64,000 nt of DNA. Source: a virus. Lineage: Duplodnaviria > Caudoviricetes. Both the position numbers and the translations under genes were made by a program. Each line of letters opens with the position of its first letter. The first letter of the stretch is position 1. The DNA lies in the IMG/VR virus record IMGVR_UViG_3300032303_001959, positions 1-64,000 of that record; one strand, given 5' to 3'. A model generated the notes under the pieces. That model saw only the letters and a list, made by a program, of their open reading frames with translations. It was not told the origin of the DNA and made no database searches. Of the stretch, positions 28,378 through 38,348 are shown piece after piece.

Positions 28378-30588
28378 TTAAGAGTTTCTGATCTTACTGG
28401 CGATCTCGGCATCGCGGAGCGCCATTTTCTGCTGGTGATCGGCTAACTTAATCTGCTGATCAACTTTAGCTTCTTCAACTTTCATCTGCATTGCCAGCTG
28501 ATGATCCTGAAGTTTGGAAGCAGTATTTGGATCAATACCACCCTGCCCGCCACCTCGTTTAGCTAAAGCTTCTTGATGCTTGCGCATATTCTCTTGTTGT
28601 GCCCTCATGTTATTTTCCAAAGCCACGATAGCTTCACGCATAAGGTTTAGCATTTCATTGTACTGCCCAACTTCAATCTTTCGCGTAGGGTCTCCGGCAA
28701 TTTGTTGAAGATGCATCATGGAATGCTGGTAATTAAGAGTGAGATAAGCCAAAGCCATGTCCGGTTTCGCGATGCCCTGCGAAGTAGCATCGAGCATTCC
28801 GCGAGCATCTGCCAAGTGAACACGAATATGAACCGAGTGATTCTCGGTAGGCATAACAGAAATAGGACGCCCGTCTTGGAATTGAGCGTTTTCAAGCTCG
28901 GCAATCTTGGCGTCGGTCGGTAGGCGTTCTTTGAGTTTCCCAGCTGGGAGATACCGATCCACCTGGTCGTAGCCAACACGAGCGGCAACACGGTCACGGA
29001 TAAGATTCTGCTGACCCACTTCGTCAAACCGAGGAAGGAGTTGGATAAATTCGTTGAAGGCCAAGATACGAGCGCCGCTAGATCCGTACCCAACAGCCCG
29101 AACCGGGATGACTTCATGAACATCGAGTACCGCTTTCCACGGCACTCCACGTTCTTCAAGCCTCGAACGAAACTTGGCATAACCTTCGTAACCAGCGTCA
29201 CCGGGCTGCCAGGTGTCTTTCTGTAAACGTTGAAAGCTTTGTTTGAGGAGCTTGCCCCAAGTTACATAAAACAAATTGATGCTGGCAGTAGTAAGAACAG
29301 ATTCGTTCGCCAGCTGAGCTTGAACCTCAGTAGCTGTTCTTTCCTTACTGCCCTGCACCTGTTGATGAGTGCGATAGCTCCCAGTATTTGCCTGACGAGT
29401 CATGGAAAGTTCCTGAACAACTGGCATTACGCTATTGTTGTAGTTAGGGAACTGAGTCGACACGACCTCAAGGTTCGGAGGAAGGAATGAAATAGGTCCG
29501 GCAAAGGCGAGAGACAAACGGCTCACGTCCTCAGCAGTCTTGGGTTGGAGAACTAAGCTGGTCGACATCATCGAGCCGTCGACCATCGCGCAACGGAGAC
29601 GATTGCTTACCTGGATATGCGGGAAGATTTTGTAGCCTAAGCCACGGATCGAGTGGTAAGTGCCGTTTCCAACGCCGAAGGTAAATAGGTTGAAAGCTTC
29701 AGAAGCTTTCTTGAAGCGACCTTCTTTTTTGTAAAGGAAATCTGTGTTCGTGCCGTCTCGCAGCCCAATGTAGTGACTGACTGTACCGTCGTATTCACGT
29801 ACGTAATAGTGATTCACCCGAATCTCGCCGGCGCGGGCGTAGGAGTAGAATAGATCGTTGTTCTTAAATTCCCTCTCAAGCTCTTCCCAACCCTGGTCGG
29901 CGGGGCGGTTACCCTTATGGATCGTGGCAAGAGCCTTGCGAACTTCCTCCACATTCCAACCCGCTTCCTTGGCGGCCTTGGGGTTCTTAATGAAATTGTA
30001 AAGTTCGTGAGCCAGGTAAACCCGACGAGCAACGGCAAACTCAATTCGATCTTCTGTAGCCTGCGTGCCCCGGGGAATTAAAAAGTCACCAATCCCGCAA
30101 ACACGCCAGCGCCAGTCTTTATCGTTCTCAAAAAAAGTAACGCCGAGCCCCTGAGAAATGAAGTGATGCGCCAGCAGTTGGAAGTTGAAATGAAATTGAT
30201 CCCACTCAACCAAGGTCTTGTGGAACTCTTCAGAGATTGCTCCTGCCCAGTTCTGCCGTTCGCTCTCATCGCCAAACGTAGTCTTAACTTCGACTAACTT
30301 CTCTACGCCGTTCACTAGATCGGTGTAGGCGGCAAGTGCATTCTCAAGATCAGCCGCAGCTTCGCCAAAGTTTAGATTGGCGCGATACGCCTGCCCCATA
30401 CTGCGGAGCGTATTCGGGTTGTAGGGTGGATCTCCATCAAACATCGCCTGGACCTTACTGCGGTCCTGATCAGCGGTGGCATCCGACTCTCTCAGCGTTG
30501 TATAAATACTGTGAGCCGACTTGGCGTCTTTAAGACGTGCCTTTGGCGGGGCTCCTGTTTCGCTGATGTTCTCGAGTAAGATGTCCAC
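28378..30588 (-). CDS. Portal protein
   Basis: 736 aa directly after TerL; helical, Gln-rich C-terminal barrel, KERTATEV motif. Confidence 0.8.
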   Translation of the reverse strand: MDILLENISETGAPPKARLKDAKSAHSIYTTLRESDATADQDRSKVQAMFDGDPPYNPNTLRSMGQAYRANLNFGEAAADLENALAAYTDLVNGVEKLVEVKTTFGDESERQNWAGAISEEFHKTLVEWDQFHFNFQLLAHHFISQGLGVTFFENDKDWRWRVCGIGDFLIPRGTQATEDRIEFAVARRVYLAHELYNFIKNPKAAKEAGWNVEEVRKALATIHKGNRPADQGWEELEREFKNNDLFYSYARAGEIRVNHYYVREYDGTVSHYIGLRDGTNTDFLYKKEGRFKKASEAFNLFTFGVGNGTYHSIRGLGYKIFPHIQVSNRLRCAMVDGSMMSTSLVLQPKTAEDVSRLSLAFAGPISFLPPNLEVVSTQFPNYNNSVMPVVQELSMTRQANTGSYRTHQQVQGSKERTATEVQAQLANESVLTTASINLFYVTWGKLLKQSFQRLQKDTWQPGDAGYEGYAKFRSRLEERGVPWKAVLDVHEVIPVRAVGYGSSGARILAFNEFIQLLPRFDEVGQQNLIRDRVAARVGYDQVDRYLPAGKLKERLPTDAKIAELENAQFQDGRPISVMPTENHSVHIRVHLADARGMLDATSQGIAKPDMALAYLTLNYQHSMMHLQQIAGDPTRKIEVGQYNEMLNLMREAIVALENNMRAQQENMRKHQEALAKRGGGQGGIDPNTASKLQDHQLAMQMKVEEAKVDQQIKLADHQQKMALRDAEIASKIRNS

Positions 30589-30622
30589 GTGAACGACTAT
30601 TCTGTCTACTGTCAGTTAAAAG

Positions 30623-32338
30623 TCAATAATTTAAGACGGGGTCTTTGTTGGTGTCGATCACGCGATCCAGCCGGCGAGCCTGCTCTTGCCAGCCCCCACT
30701 CTTCCTTGCCATCACCGTTCCGCCGGCCATTGCTCCGACTCGTACCCTAATACACTCCAACCCTACAAAAGCTGCGTCCGCCAAATCGGGACTCTTCCCT
30801 ACCCGCGACTTGTAATCTCTCTTGGACTCTACAACCAGTTTACCCCCGGCCATCGTCGTGTATTTCCTACTGGTTAGTTCCCTGGCCAGCTCAGGAGTCA
30901 CACCTTTCAACTGGCCTGATCGCATAAACTCAACTCCACCAAACCAAAGCTCAGTAACCTTGTTCCCGTATTTGTCCTTGGCCTCCACCATCGAACTTGA
31001 GCTGATCGGCAGAGTGCTGGGCTTTTCTCCGAACTTCACCCGCAAGATTCTTGGAGACCACGTCTCGGAAATAATATCGCAAAGAGGATCTCCCGCACCG
31101 GTGGCGTCGACCGCCAGATATTCCGGTGGCACCCCTTGCTTTTGGCATTCGGCCATAACTTGCCGAGCCACCTGAAAGTTTCTGGGCTGCGGGTCGTTTA
31201 CGTTTTCTCTGATGATAGTGAATTCTTTTAGGTTCACAGTAGGCCCTGCTTCCTCAGTCCGTCCGTACTCCAAGAAATACAACACCGTTCTGTCTCCGCC
31301 ATTAGTAAACGAAGGATCAAGTCCGGCAACTACCTTGGGTGGCTCAATCCACTTGGGGGCTTTATCGACTTCGAACTTGCGGAAATCTGCTTCCGAGTAA
31401 ATAGACTCCTCTGCCCCGCCTGGAGCTGGAAAGGAACGGATAAATCGCCAGAAAGAGATACTGTGCTCGCCGTCGTGGTCTTCGGCGTGCCGTAGTTGTT
31501 TTGTCGTAAGCAAGAACGGCCAAGCATCGTCGTGTTCGATATTGGGTGTCTTGGCTCCGTCTAAGTGAAGGCACAGCCCCAGCTTTGTATTCCACTCCTC
31601 CTTATCGACTGTGACCGAGTTCCACCCACCCACAGGAGTAGCGAACATACCGAAGGGATCGTACTGACTGGCGAAGTTGCCCAAGGCAATACATTGAAAG
31701 GTGGGGTTGGCGTTTAGATTGGAGATAGCTTCAAAGACCGAGTTGGTCACGTCGGTGGCCTCGTCGATGATAAGGAAGACCCGCTGGTTCTTAAGACCGA
31801 TAAGTTTGGCTGTGGCCTCCTTCTCTTTGTCCGGGCTGGACGGCACCAAGGTTATGGATGACCTATCGCTTGACTCCCCTTCCGTCAAAATGATCTTACC
31901 CATAGAGTCTATCAATTTCCCGGGAAAGCCTGGGACCTGCAGAAATCGCTCACGGATACCTCCCCAAAGGCGTTTACGGGCTTCCCGGATAGATGTGCTG
32001 GTAACTAGGACAAGAGTCTCGTGAGGCGCACAAAGCCAATTCACCAACCCCCACATGGCAAAGGTCGCCGTCTTACCGCTGGACTTAGGGCCGGAGATAG
32101 CAAGGTAGTCCTGCTCGCAAGCGGCCTGGATCATCCGTTCCGCCCAAGGGTGCCAGCAAAACCCGGCTTTGTTTCGCGTCTTGTGGTATGGCCATAGAAT
32201 CTCTACAACATTCTTGAAATGCTGAAACTTGCCCAAACCTCCAGTTTCTGGGGTCAAACCCAGCTTAAAAGCCATAAGCTCAATTTCGAGTTTTCCGGCC
32301 CCTTCCGGCCACACTTTTCCGTACAGATTCGTCGGCAT
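30623..32338 (-). CDS. terL: Terminase large subunit
   Basis: Walker A GPKSSGKT, Walker B LIIDEA, nuclease AGLDP and SPDLADA motifs. Confidence 0.9.
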   Translation of the reverse strand: MPTNLYGKVWPEGAGKLEIELMAFKLGLTPETGGLGKFQHFKNVVEILWPYHKTRNKAGFCWHPWAERMIQAACEQDYLAISGPKSSGKTATFAMWGLVNWLCAPHETLVLVTSTSIREARKRLWGGIRERFLQVPGFPGKLIDSMGKIILTEGESSDRSSITLVPSSPDKEKEATAKLIGLKNQRVFLIIDEATDVTNSVFEAISNLNANPTFQCIALGNFASQYDPFGMFATPVGGWNSVTVDKEEWNTKLGLCLHLDGAKTPNIEHDDAWPFLLTTKQLRHAEDHDGEHSISFWRFIRSFPAPGGAEESIYSEADFRKFEVDKAPKWIEPPKVVAGLDPSFTNGGDRTVLYFLEYGRTEEAGPTVNLKEFTIIRENVNDPQPRNFQVARQVMAECQKQGVPPEYLAVDATGAGDPLCDIISETWSPRILRVKFGEKPSTLPISSSSMVEAKDKYGNKVTELWFGGVEFMRSGQLKGVTPELARELTSRKYTTMAGGKLVVESKRDYKSRVGKSPDLADAAFVGLECIRVRVGAMAGGTVMARKSGGWQEQARRLDRVIDTNKDPVLNY

Positions 32339-32422
32339 CAGACATTAATTGCCAGTAATCGCTGTTTTGTCAATAAAAAAATGAGGTCCTTTTTGTAGCA
32401 AAGCCTTGTTTTGCAACAACTT

Positions 32423-32463
32423 GGTGCGGTGGCTGAGTGGTCTAAAGCGACGGTTTGCTAAAC
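32423..32463 (+). tRNA. 5' half of tRNA-Ser(GCT), truncated; probable attP core
   Basis: GGTGCGG TG GCTGAGTGGTCTAAAGC G ACGGT TTGCTAA AC gives acceptor 5' strand, D-arm and anticodon loop. No variable arm, T-arm or CCA follows. About 130 bp upstream of the integrase. Confidence 0.75.
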
Positions 32464-32590
32464 TGCTCACTGTCAATAATATATACACATTTTGTCTACC
32501 CTTTTCTTGAGTAAAAACGACTTACAGTTGACACTCATGACACGGGAACGGTCATAGAATGTATATCTTTTCCTTGACATCAGACAGTAA

Positions 32591-33868
32591 TTGTCAGTAA
32601 TGTCTCGTTCAAATATGAATAAGCAATTCAAACCGATTGAGGTGCAAGACGGCTTTGCGAATGTGAAAATCTATCAGTGCGTGAATAATAAGGATTATTT
32701 AACGTACATGGTTACGTGGTGGGCCGAGGGAAAAAGACAGCGTCGTGCGATTGCAGATCTTTCGGAAGCCAAGCGCGAGGCTCGTAAAATTGCCAGGGAT
32801 CTTGCGGACGGTCGGGCGTCAATGGTTTCAGTCTCCACCAAGGAGCTGAGTTATTTTAGAGATCTTGAAAAGAAGATGGGCGGTACCCCGCTAAGTGAGG
32901 CCGTTGCCCTGTGGTTGCAAAATAGCGAAAGCAAATTGCCTCAAATCAGCGTGAGTGAGGTTTTGAAGGAAATGCTTAACATAAAGCTGAACGACACCTT
33001 TATTGAAAAACGCCAAAAACAAACCCTCCAACAGCGTTGGGGCAAATTTGAAAAGGTTTTTGGGGAGCGAATTGTGTCCACCATCAAAGCCAAGGAACTG
33101 GACTCTTTCTTATCTAACCCGGAATGGCAGCCTAGAACCCGTCAGCACTATCGTGGGGCTATCAGTATGATCTTTGATTACGCCAAGCGGAAAGATTACT
33201 TGGAGCCCGACAAAGACCATCAGGCTGAAAAGACTGAAAGTATCAGAGTTAACGACGCGAAATTGGAAAGCTGGTCAGTTGAAGATATGGCTTTAATTCT
33301 TAAACACGCCACAAAAAGAACGATACCCTGGATTGTTTTGGGTGCATTTGCAGGCATCAGGTCTGCTGAAATTGACAGGCTGAGCTGGGAAGATATCGAC
33401 TGGTCTAGTAATTTGATACTGGTCAAGGGCAAGCTTGTAGGTGGTTCTAAATCAAGGGCTAACAACGATAGGGCCATAGCCATGACCGCTAATCTTAAAG
33501 CTTGGCTTAGCCCTTTTAGGACATATAAAGGTAATATACTCAAAAGCCTCGGTGTAACTAGTGCAAACAAAGACATTTACAACGCGGTTAATGAGGTAAT
33601 TCACAAAATTCATAAGGAAAAACCACTATTTACTTGGAAGCAGAATGCGAATCGTCACAGTTTTGCTACATACTATTTAGCTATGACTGGAGACGCTTCA
33701 ACAACAGCACTTGCGATGGGCAACAGCCCTACCATGTTGCTGCGTCGGTACAAAACCATCCAGGTGGATGGGAGAACAGTGACCCGGAGTATGGCAGAGA
33801 AGTACTTTGCTATAACGCCGGGCGAAGGAGCCACAATTAAGAATGAGGAGTCACGAAAGATCGAATAG
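32591..33868 (+). CDS. int: Tyrosine integrase
   Basis: GIRSAEI (Arg), NANRHSFATY (HxxR variant), MGNS, LLRRY (Tyr); N-terminal arm-binding domain. True start may be ATG 32600 or a later ATG. Confidence 0.9.
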   Translation: MSVMSRSNMNKQFKPIEVQDGFANVKIYQCVNNKDYLTYMVTWWAEGKRQRRAIADLSEAKREARKIARDLADGRASMVSVSTKELSYFRDLEKKMGGTPLSEAVALWLQNSESKLPQISVSEVLKEMLNIKLNDTFIEKRQKQTLQQRWGKFEKVFGERIVSTIKAKELDSFLSNPEWQPRTRQHYRGAISMIFDYAKRKDYLEPDKDHQAEKTESIRVNDAKLESWSVEDMALILKHATKRTIPWIVLGAFAGIRSAEIDRLSWEDIDWSSNLILVKGKLVGGSKSRANNDRAIAMTANLKAWLSPFRTYKGNILKSLGVTSANKDIYNAVNEVIHKIHKEKPLFTWKQNANRHSFATYYLAMTGDASTTALAMGNSPTMLLRRYKTIQVDGRTVTRSMAEKYFAITPGEGATIKNEESRKIE

Positions 33869-34028
33869 TCAGACAGTAAAAACAATAAGCTTACCCAAGC
33901 ACATGGCTAAATTCCTCGAAGAGGAAAGCCGGCGAATCGGGGTAAACAACGTTTCAGGTTTGGTTAGAATTGTGTTGGCGCAATACATCGACGCGCATAG
34001 TAAGAAAAACAGTCAAAAACGCCTATAG
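33843..34028 (+). CDS. Ribbon-helix-helix DNA-binding protein
   Basis: KTISLPKHMAKFLEEESRRIGVNNVSGLVRIVL fits the RHH pattern. Confidence 0.7.
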   Translation: MRSHERSNSQTVKTISLPKHMAKFLEEESRRIGVNNVSGLVRIVLAQYIDAHSKKNSQKRL

Positions 34029-34117
34029 CCCTTTAGTTATAAAACAAATTAATCTTAAGTCATAAACTGAATTGGATTGACTGCCGTCATACGGCGTGTT
34101 TAGATGTCATACACCGT

Positions 34118-34414
34118 ATGAATCTAATATTGGAAGCTCACTCATTTAAAGTAGCAATCACTCCTTCCAATAAACTTCACATCTTCGTCGAGAACGTAAA
34201 CCCCTCTGAAATCAGCAAACAAATTCCCGAAAAGATTTATTCCGTAAAAGAAGCCGCCTCTCGTCTCAAAGTCGGCGACCGCACAATCCGTCGGTACTTA
34301 AATAACAAACGTCATCCCCTCCCTCACTCGAAAGCCGGTGGAATAATCCGCATTTGTGAGTCGGATATCCAGGCGTGGCTCGCGAATGAGAAATTCGGAG
34401 TCGCACGTGAATAG
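34118..34414 (+). CDS. Excisionase-like HTH protein
   Basis: YSVKEAASRLKVGDRTIRRYL...LP...GGIIRICESDI. Confidence 0.75.
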   Translation: MNLILEAHSFKVAITPSNKLHIFVENVNPSEISKQIPEKIYSVKEAASRLKVGDRTIRRYLNNKRHPLPHSKAGGIIRICESDIQAWLANEKFGVARE

Positions 34415-34733
34415 TCGTGCCAAAGGATGTGTCGGTGAGCGTGAGTGGAGAGACGAAGTCAAAAAACGTGGCTACACCGCAAGGCGTGGCCAGCAGTTCT
34501 CTGGGAATCCGGATGCACCCGACGTCATTTCAGAACTCCCATTCCATTTCGAAGTCAAAAGGGTTCAGGCCCTCAACGTCGGAAAAGCTGTTGAACAAGC
34601 GGTACGAGACTGCGGAGGAAAACCCATCGCAGTGGCGCACCGTAAAAACAATTCACCCTGGCTCGTGACCATGACCGCGGATTCTTGGTTTGAGCTAGTA
34701 ACTAAAGTGCATCCGCCAGCGGAGATAAAATAA
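34356..34733 (+). CDS. Holliday-junction resolvase-like PD-(D/E)xK nuclease
   Basis: NSRAKGCVGERE...PDV...FEVKR...AVEQAVRD; true start probably the later ATG (MRNSE). Confidence 0.7.
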   Translation: MSRISRRGSRMRNSESHVNSRAKGCVGEREWRDEVKKRGYTARRGQQFSGNPDAPDVISELPFHFEVKRVQALNVGKAVEQAVRDCGGKPIAVAHRKNNSPWLVTMTADSWFELVTKVHPPAEIK

Positions 34734-34734
34734 A

Positions 34735-34899
34735 ATGACAGTTGGAGAACTGTTGGAAAAACTGCAAAAGGTAAGCCCTTCCCTCGACATCTGCGTCGAT
34801 GTGGATTCGGACTGCTTCGATATACAGGAAGTTCAGACCTGGCGAAGTGGAAGTGATGACTCTGAAGGTTCGTTTGTTTCGTTGATCATCGAAACTTGA
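34735..34899 (+). CDS. Small hypothetical protein (MTVGELLEKL...)
   Basis: 54-aa ORF read manually; fills the gap and overlaps the helicase start. Confidence 0.6.
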   Translation: MTVGELLEKLQKVSPSLDICVDVDSDCFDIQEVQTWRSGSDDSEGSFVSLIIET

Positions 34900-36170
34900 A
34901 CCTCTTTCCTTGGCAGAAGGAAAACGCGTCCCAGTTAATGGACGCCCTGATCAGCAACCGCGTGGCGTTGGACGCGAGCGATTGCGGAACAGGAAAAACG
35001 GTCACGGCGGCCTTTGTCGCTAAGCAGATGAATATGCCCGTGGCGGTGATATGTCCTAAAGCGGTCATACCTTCCTGGAAGCACTGGCTCAAAGAAGCTG
35101 GCGTCGAGCCCCTGTTTGTCATCAACTACGAAAAACTCCGCACGGGCAAAAAGCACGGCAAGTGGGTTGCCAAGAAATGGCAGTGGGATCTACCCTCCTC
35201 TACTCTTCTGATTTTTGACGAGGTTCATAAGTGCAAAGGATACAGCAGTCAGAACGGCAAGATCCTGGGTGCGTCTAAAGCCGACCATACCGTCTTGATG
35301 CTCTCAGCTACGGCCGCTCAGAACCCTCTGGATATGCGATGGACGGGCGACCTTCTCGGCATCCATACCGGCGTGAACTACTGGGGTTGGCTCAAGACCA
35401 TGAAGGTGGCGCAAGCCCCTTGGGGTGGTTTCCAATACTACGGCGGCAAAGAGGGTCTTCTCGCCATTCATGCTCATATATTTCCCAAGAAAGGCGTACG
35501 TACTCGCGTACAGGATCTCGGGGATGCCTTCCCTCAAAACAATGTTATGTCCGAGGTATTCGATATTGATGACCGCATTGGCAAGCTCTACGGCCAAATG
35601 GAGGCCGAGTTGGCGGCCTTGGCTGAGGCTAAGTCCAACGATTTCGACCCATCTGAACCCCGCACGAGGCTATTAAGACTTCGCCAGGAGGTTGAACTAC
35701 TGCGAGTGCCCGTACTTACCGAGATGGCGAAGGAGCATGTGGAGGCTGGATGCAGTGTCGTGATCTTTACCAATTTCATGCAGACATGCCGGACGCTTAT
35801 GGAGCGTTTAAATGCCCCTGCAATTCACGGAGAACAAAGCGCAGAGGAGCGTCAGGAAGCGATCGACAAGTTTCAAGCGAACAAAGAACACGTCATCATC
35901 GTGCAAATTCAAGCGGGTGGCGTTGGTCTTTCACTTCACGATTTACACGGCCGCCCTCGAGTGAGTTTAGTGTGCCCGACGTACTCGGCGATTGACTTAA
36001 AACAGGCGCTCGGTCGCATCGCACGCACCGGATCTAAGAGTCATTGCAGACAATATTTAGTTTACGCCGCAAATTCAGTTGAAGAACAAGTCGCACGAAA
36101 AACGAAATCCAAGATCCGTGAAATTGACTTGCTTAATGACGGAGATTTGGTAATAACGTTGGCCTCATGA
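34896..36170 (+). CDS. SF2 (SNF2/DEAD-like) helicase
   Basis: GTGKT, IFDEVH, LSATA, QALGRIAR motifs. Confidence 0.9.
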   Translation: MNLFPWQKENASQLMDALISNRVALDASDCGTGKTVTAAFVAKQMNMPVAVICPKAVIPSWKHWLKEAGVEPLFVINYEKLRTGKKHGKWVAKKWQWDLPSSTLLIFDEVHKCKGYSSQNGKILGASKADHTVLMLSATAAQNPLDMRWTGDLLGIHTGVNYWGWLKTMKVAQAPWGGFQYYGGKEGLLAIHAHIFPKKGVRTRVQDLGDAFPQNNVMSEVFDIDDRIGKLYGQMEAELAALAEAKSNDFDPSEPRTRLLRLRQEVELLRVPVLTEMAKEHVEAGCSVVIFTNFMQTCRTLMERLNAPAIHGEQSAEERQEAIDKFQANKEHVIIVQIQAGGVGLSLHDLHGRPRVSLVCPTYSAIDLKQALGRIARTGSKSHCRQYLVYAANSVEEQVARKTKSKIREIDLLNDGDLVITLAS

Positions 36171-37267
36171 GTACTACTGACAATCACGCTAGCTACTCAC
36201 CGAGCAGCCTCAAGTACTTTGAGCTCTGTCCCTGTTATCAAAAAGACAATTCTGGTGAAGTTCATCCGGTAACTCTCCGTGGAACTGCGATGCACAAAGC
36301 GTGCGAGACCGGCGAAATGGAAGGTCTCGACTCCACTGAAAAAGCTCTCGTCCACAAATGTCTTTCATTCGTCGAAGCGGCAAAAGCTGAGTACACGGAA
36401 AAGAATTCTAAATTCATGGACTTGTCCGAGCAGAAGCTCGACGTGTTTGACCAATGGGGTTACGTCGATCGCTTTTTTATTTGTGCGGATGAGGCTGCGA
36501 TGTTTGATTTCAAATTTGGTTTCAACCCAGTCGACCCAGCGGAGACCAACCCGCAGATGTGGGCGTACGCAATCGGCGTCTTTAAGAAGTATCCGTACGT
36601 AAAGAATCTCAAGCTCCATATTCTCCAGCCCCGCTTGGATTACGTCGACTCCGCTTCCTTCACCAGGGACGGAGATCTTCCCAAGATGAACGCCAGAATC
36701 AAGGGCATCATTGAGCGGGCTCGGAATAACACCCCGGATATGGCCCGCCCCGGCGACCAGTGCATCTATTGTTCCCGTATCGCGACCTGTGACGCAGTCC
36801 AGGCTATGTCCCTTTCCCTAGCCAAGTCCTACGACCTGGCTCACGACGCTCAACTTCCCGATCTCTTCCATCCAAGCCAGCTCGCCACCCCCGACAAGCG
36901 CTCACAAGCGCAACGCCTTGTACCGGTGCTGGAAGCTTGGTGCGGTTCCGTACGTAAACACAACGTGGAGTACGCAAAGGAAGGAAATGAGATCCCCGGA
37001 TACGGTCTTACGGCCGTTCAGGGAGCAAGAAAGATTACAGATGCCAACAAGGCATTTGAATTGGTCAAAGATAAGATTTCGACGGCTGACTTTATGGAAG
37101 CCGTCACAGTCAACTTCAAGGAGCTAGCTGATCAAGTCGCCAGCAAGGCTCCTCGGGGCACAAAACAAGAAGAGCGCGACAACCTTGAGGACAAACTCAC
37201 CGAAGCGAACGCCCTGACGCGAGGAAGCGAGTCCTACCAACTAAGAAAGATAAAAGATAAACAATGA
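36167..37267 (+). CDS. Cas4-like/PD-(D/E)xK exonuclease (DUF2800-like)
   Basis: GTAMHKACE, GYVDR, DFKFG, QMWAY and CIYC...C motifs. Confidence 0.8.
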   Translation: MSTTDNHASYSPSSLKYFELCPCYQKDNSGEVHPVTLRGTAMHKACETGEMEGLDSTEKALVHKCLSFVEAAKAEYTEKNSKFMDLSEQKLDVFDQWGYVDRFFICADEAAMFDFKFGFNPVDPAETNPQMWAYAIGVFKKYPYVKNLKLHILQPRLDYVDSASFTRDGDLPKMNARIKGIIERARNNTPDMARPGDQCIYCSRIATCDAVQAMSLSLAKSYDLAHDAQLPDLFHPSQLATPDKRSQAQRLVPVLEAWCGSVRKHNVEYAKEGNEIPGYGLTAVQGARKITDANKAFELVKDKISTADFMEAVTVNFKELADQVASKAPRGTKQEERDNLEDKLTEANALTRGSESYQLRKIKDKQ

Positions 37268-37977
37268 AAACTACGTTCCCTAAAGAACAAAAAGCAAAAG
37301 TAGAAACAGCAACCGAATCGAGCAAGGCATTGACGGAGGTTGTAGAACAACCCCTCACCTTGACCACCAACGCCGGCATGGAAGGAGAATTTAATGTCTC
37401 CGACTTCCAGATCCCCCGGCTCAACATCGCCAACAAAACTGGCGAACTCTCCAACGACTTCCCTCCCGGCAGCATCGTCTTCCGGAAAGAGGTGGCCGTT
37501 GGAAACCAGAAGTCTCCTGCCAAATTGACGATCATCCGCATGGCAAAAAAGTACATGCAGAGGATTCCCTACGGCACGGAAGAACGTCCGAAAATCTTTA
37601 ACACGGCAGCCGACGTGCGTACTGCAGGCGGCACCACCGACATTACCGAGGGTGATATGGATATCTACGATCCTATCCTGATCCTCACGATGGCGGTGCA
37701 AAGTCCTGAAGGCGCACATCCCCTGTTCGCCTTTGAAAAAGATGGAGCCCACTACGCTCTGGCGCAGATGATCCTAGCCAAGAGCGCGTACAACAACGCT
37801 GGAAAGCAGTTGATCACGGAAGCTACCACTGCTCTCCGCGAGAAGCTCTCCGGCGGCAAGTACGAGTTGGTTACCCAACTTCGCTCCAACACAATGGGCA
37901 GCTGGTTCACACCAGTGTTCCGTTTGGTCGGCAAGAACACCCCAGAAACCACCGCGTGGTTTGACGGGTTGATCTAA
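37264..37977 (+). CDS. Single-stranded DNA-binding/recombination protein
   Basis: SDFQIPRLNI...G...PG pattern; sits between the exonuclease and the polymerase. Confidence 0.5.
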   Translation: MKTTFPKEQKAKVETATESSKALTEVVEQPLTLTTNAGMEGEFNVSDFQIPRLNIANKTGELSNDFPPGSIVFRKEVAVGNQKSPAKLTIIRMAKKYMQRIPYGTEERPKIFNTAADVRTAGGTTDITEGDMDIYDPILILTMAVQSPEGAHPLFAFEKDGAHYALAQMILAKSAYNNAGKQLITEATTALREKLSGGKYELVTQLRSNTMGSWFTPVFRLVGKNTPETTAWFDGLI

Positions 37978-37994
37978 AGATTTGGGATTCGGCC

Positions 37995-38348
37995 ATGGTG
38001 TTACAGGAGAACTGTAAACAACGCGTCACCTCTGCGTTTTTGAAACAGCCGAGTTCCTATCCTCTGCCTCAGGAAATAGCAAAAAGCACATTCACAGAGA
38101 TTGTTCATGTGATGACGCGGGGCGGGAAATCAAAAACAGGTTCAACAAAATCAGGCCCCGGGCAATGGTTTACCCGGGATTCGATCCGATATTCTGCGGA
38201 TCGAGCAGTGAGCCATATGGCCACCGCAATGATGATGTTGGACGGGAATAAAAAAGAGGACAAAGAGGGCGTCGTCGGACACCTGCAAAGAGCTTTATGC
38301 AGGGCAGCGATGGTTCTTTATAAAATAAGAAAGGGTCAGAAAAAATGA
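37995..38348 (+). CDS. DUF5664-like (dATP/dGTP diphosphohydrolase-type) domain protein, divergent
   Basis: EIVHVMTRGG...W...RAVSH...E...HLQRALCRAAMVL parallels the family pattern. Confidence 0.4.
   Translation: MVLQENCKQRVTSAFLKQPSSYPLPQEIAKSTFTEIVHVMTRGGKSKTGSTKSGPGQWFTRDSIRYSADRAVSHMATAMMMLDGNKKEDKEGVVGHLQRALCRAAMVLYKIRKGQKK

Noticed and set aside
32423-32500. Complete functional tRNA-Ser gene
   Set aside because: No T-arm (GTTC), 3' acceptor strand or CCA follows the anticodon arm.
33872-33878. Isolated GACAGTA half-sites (33872, 32583, 53511)
   Set aside because: They lack the partner half at N8 spacing, so they were not counted as operators.
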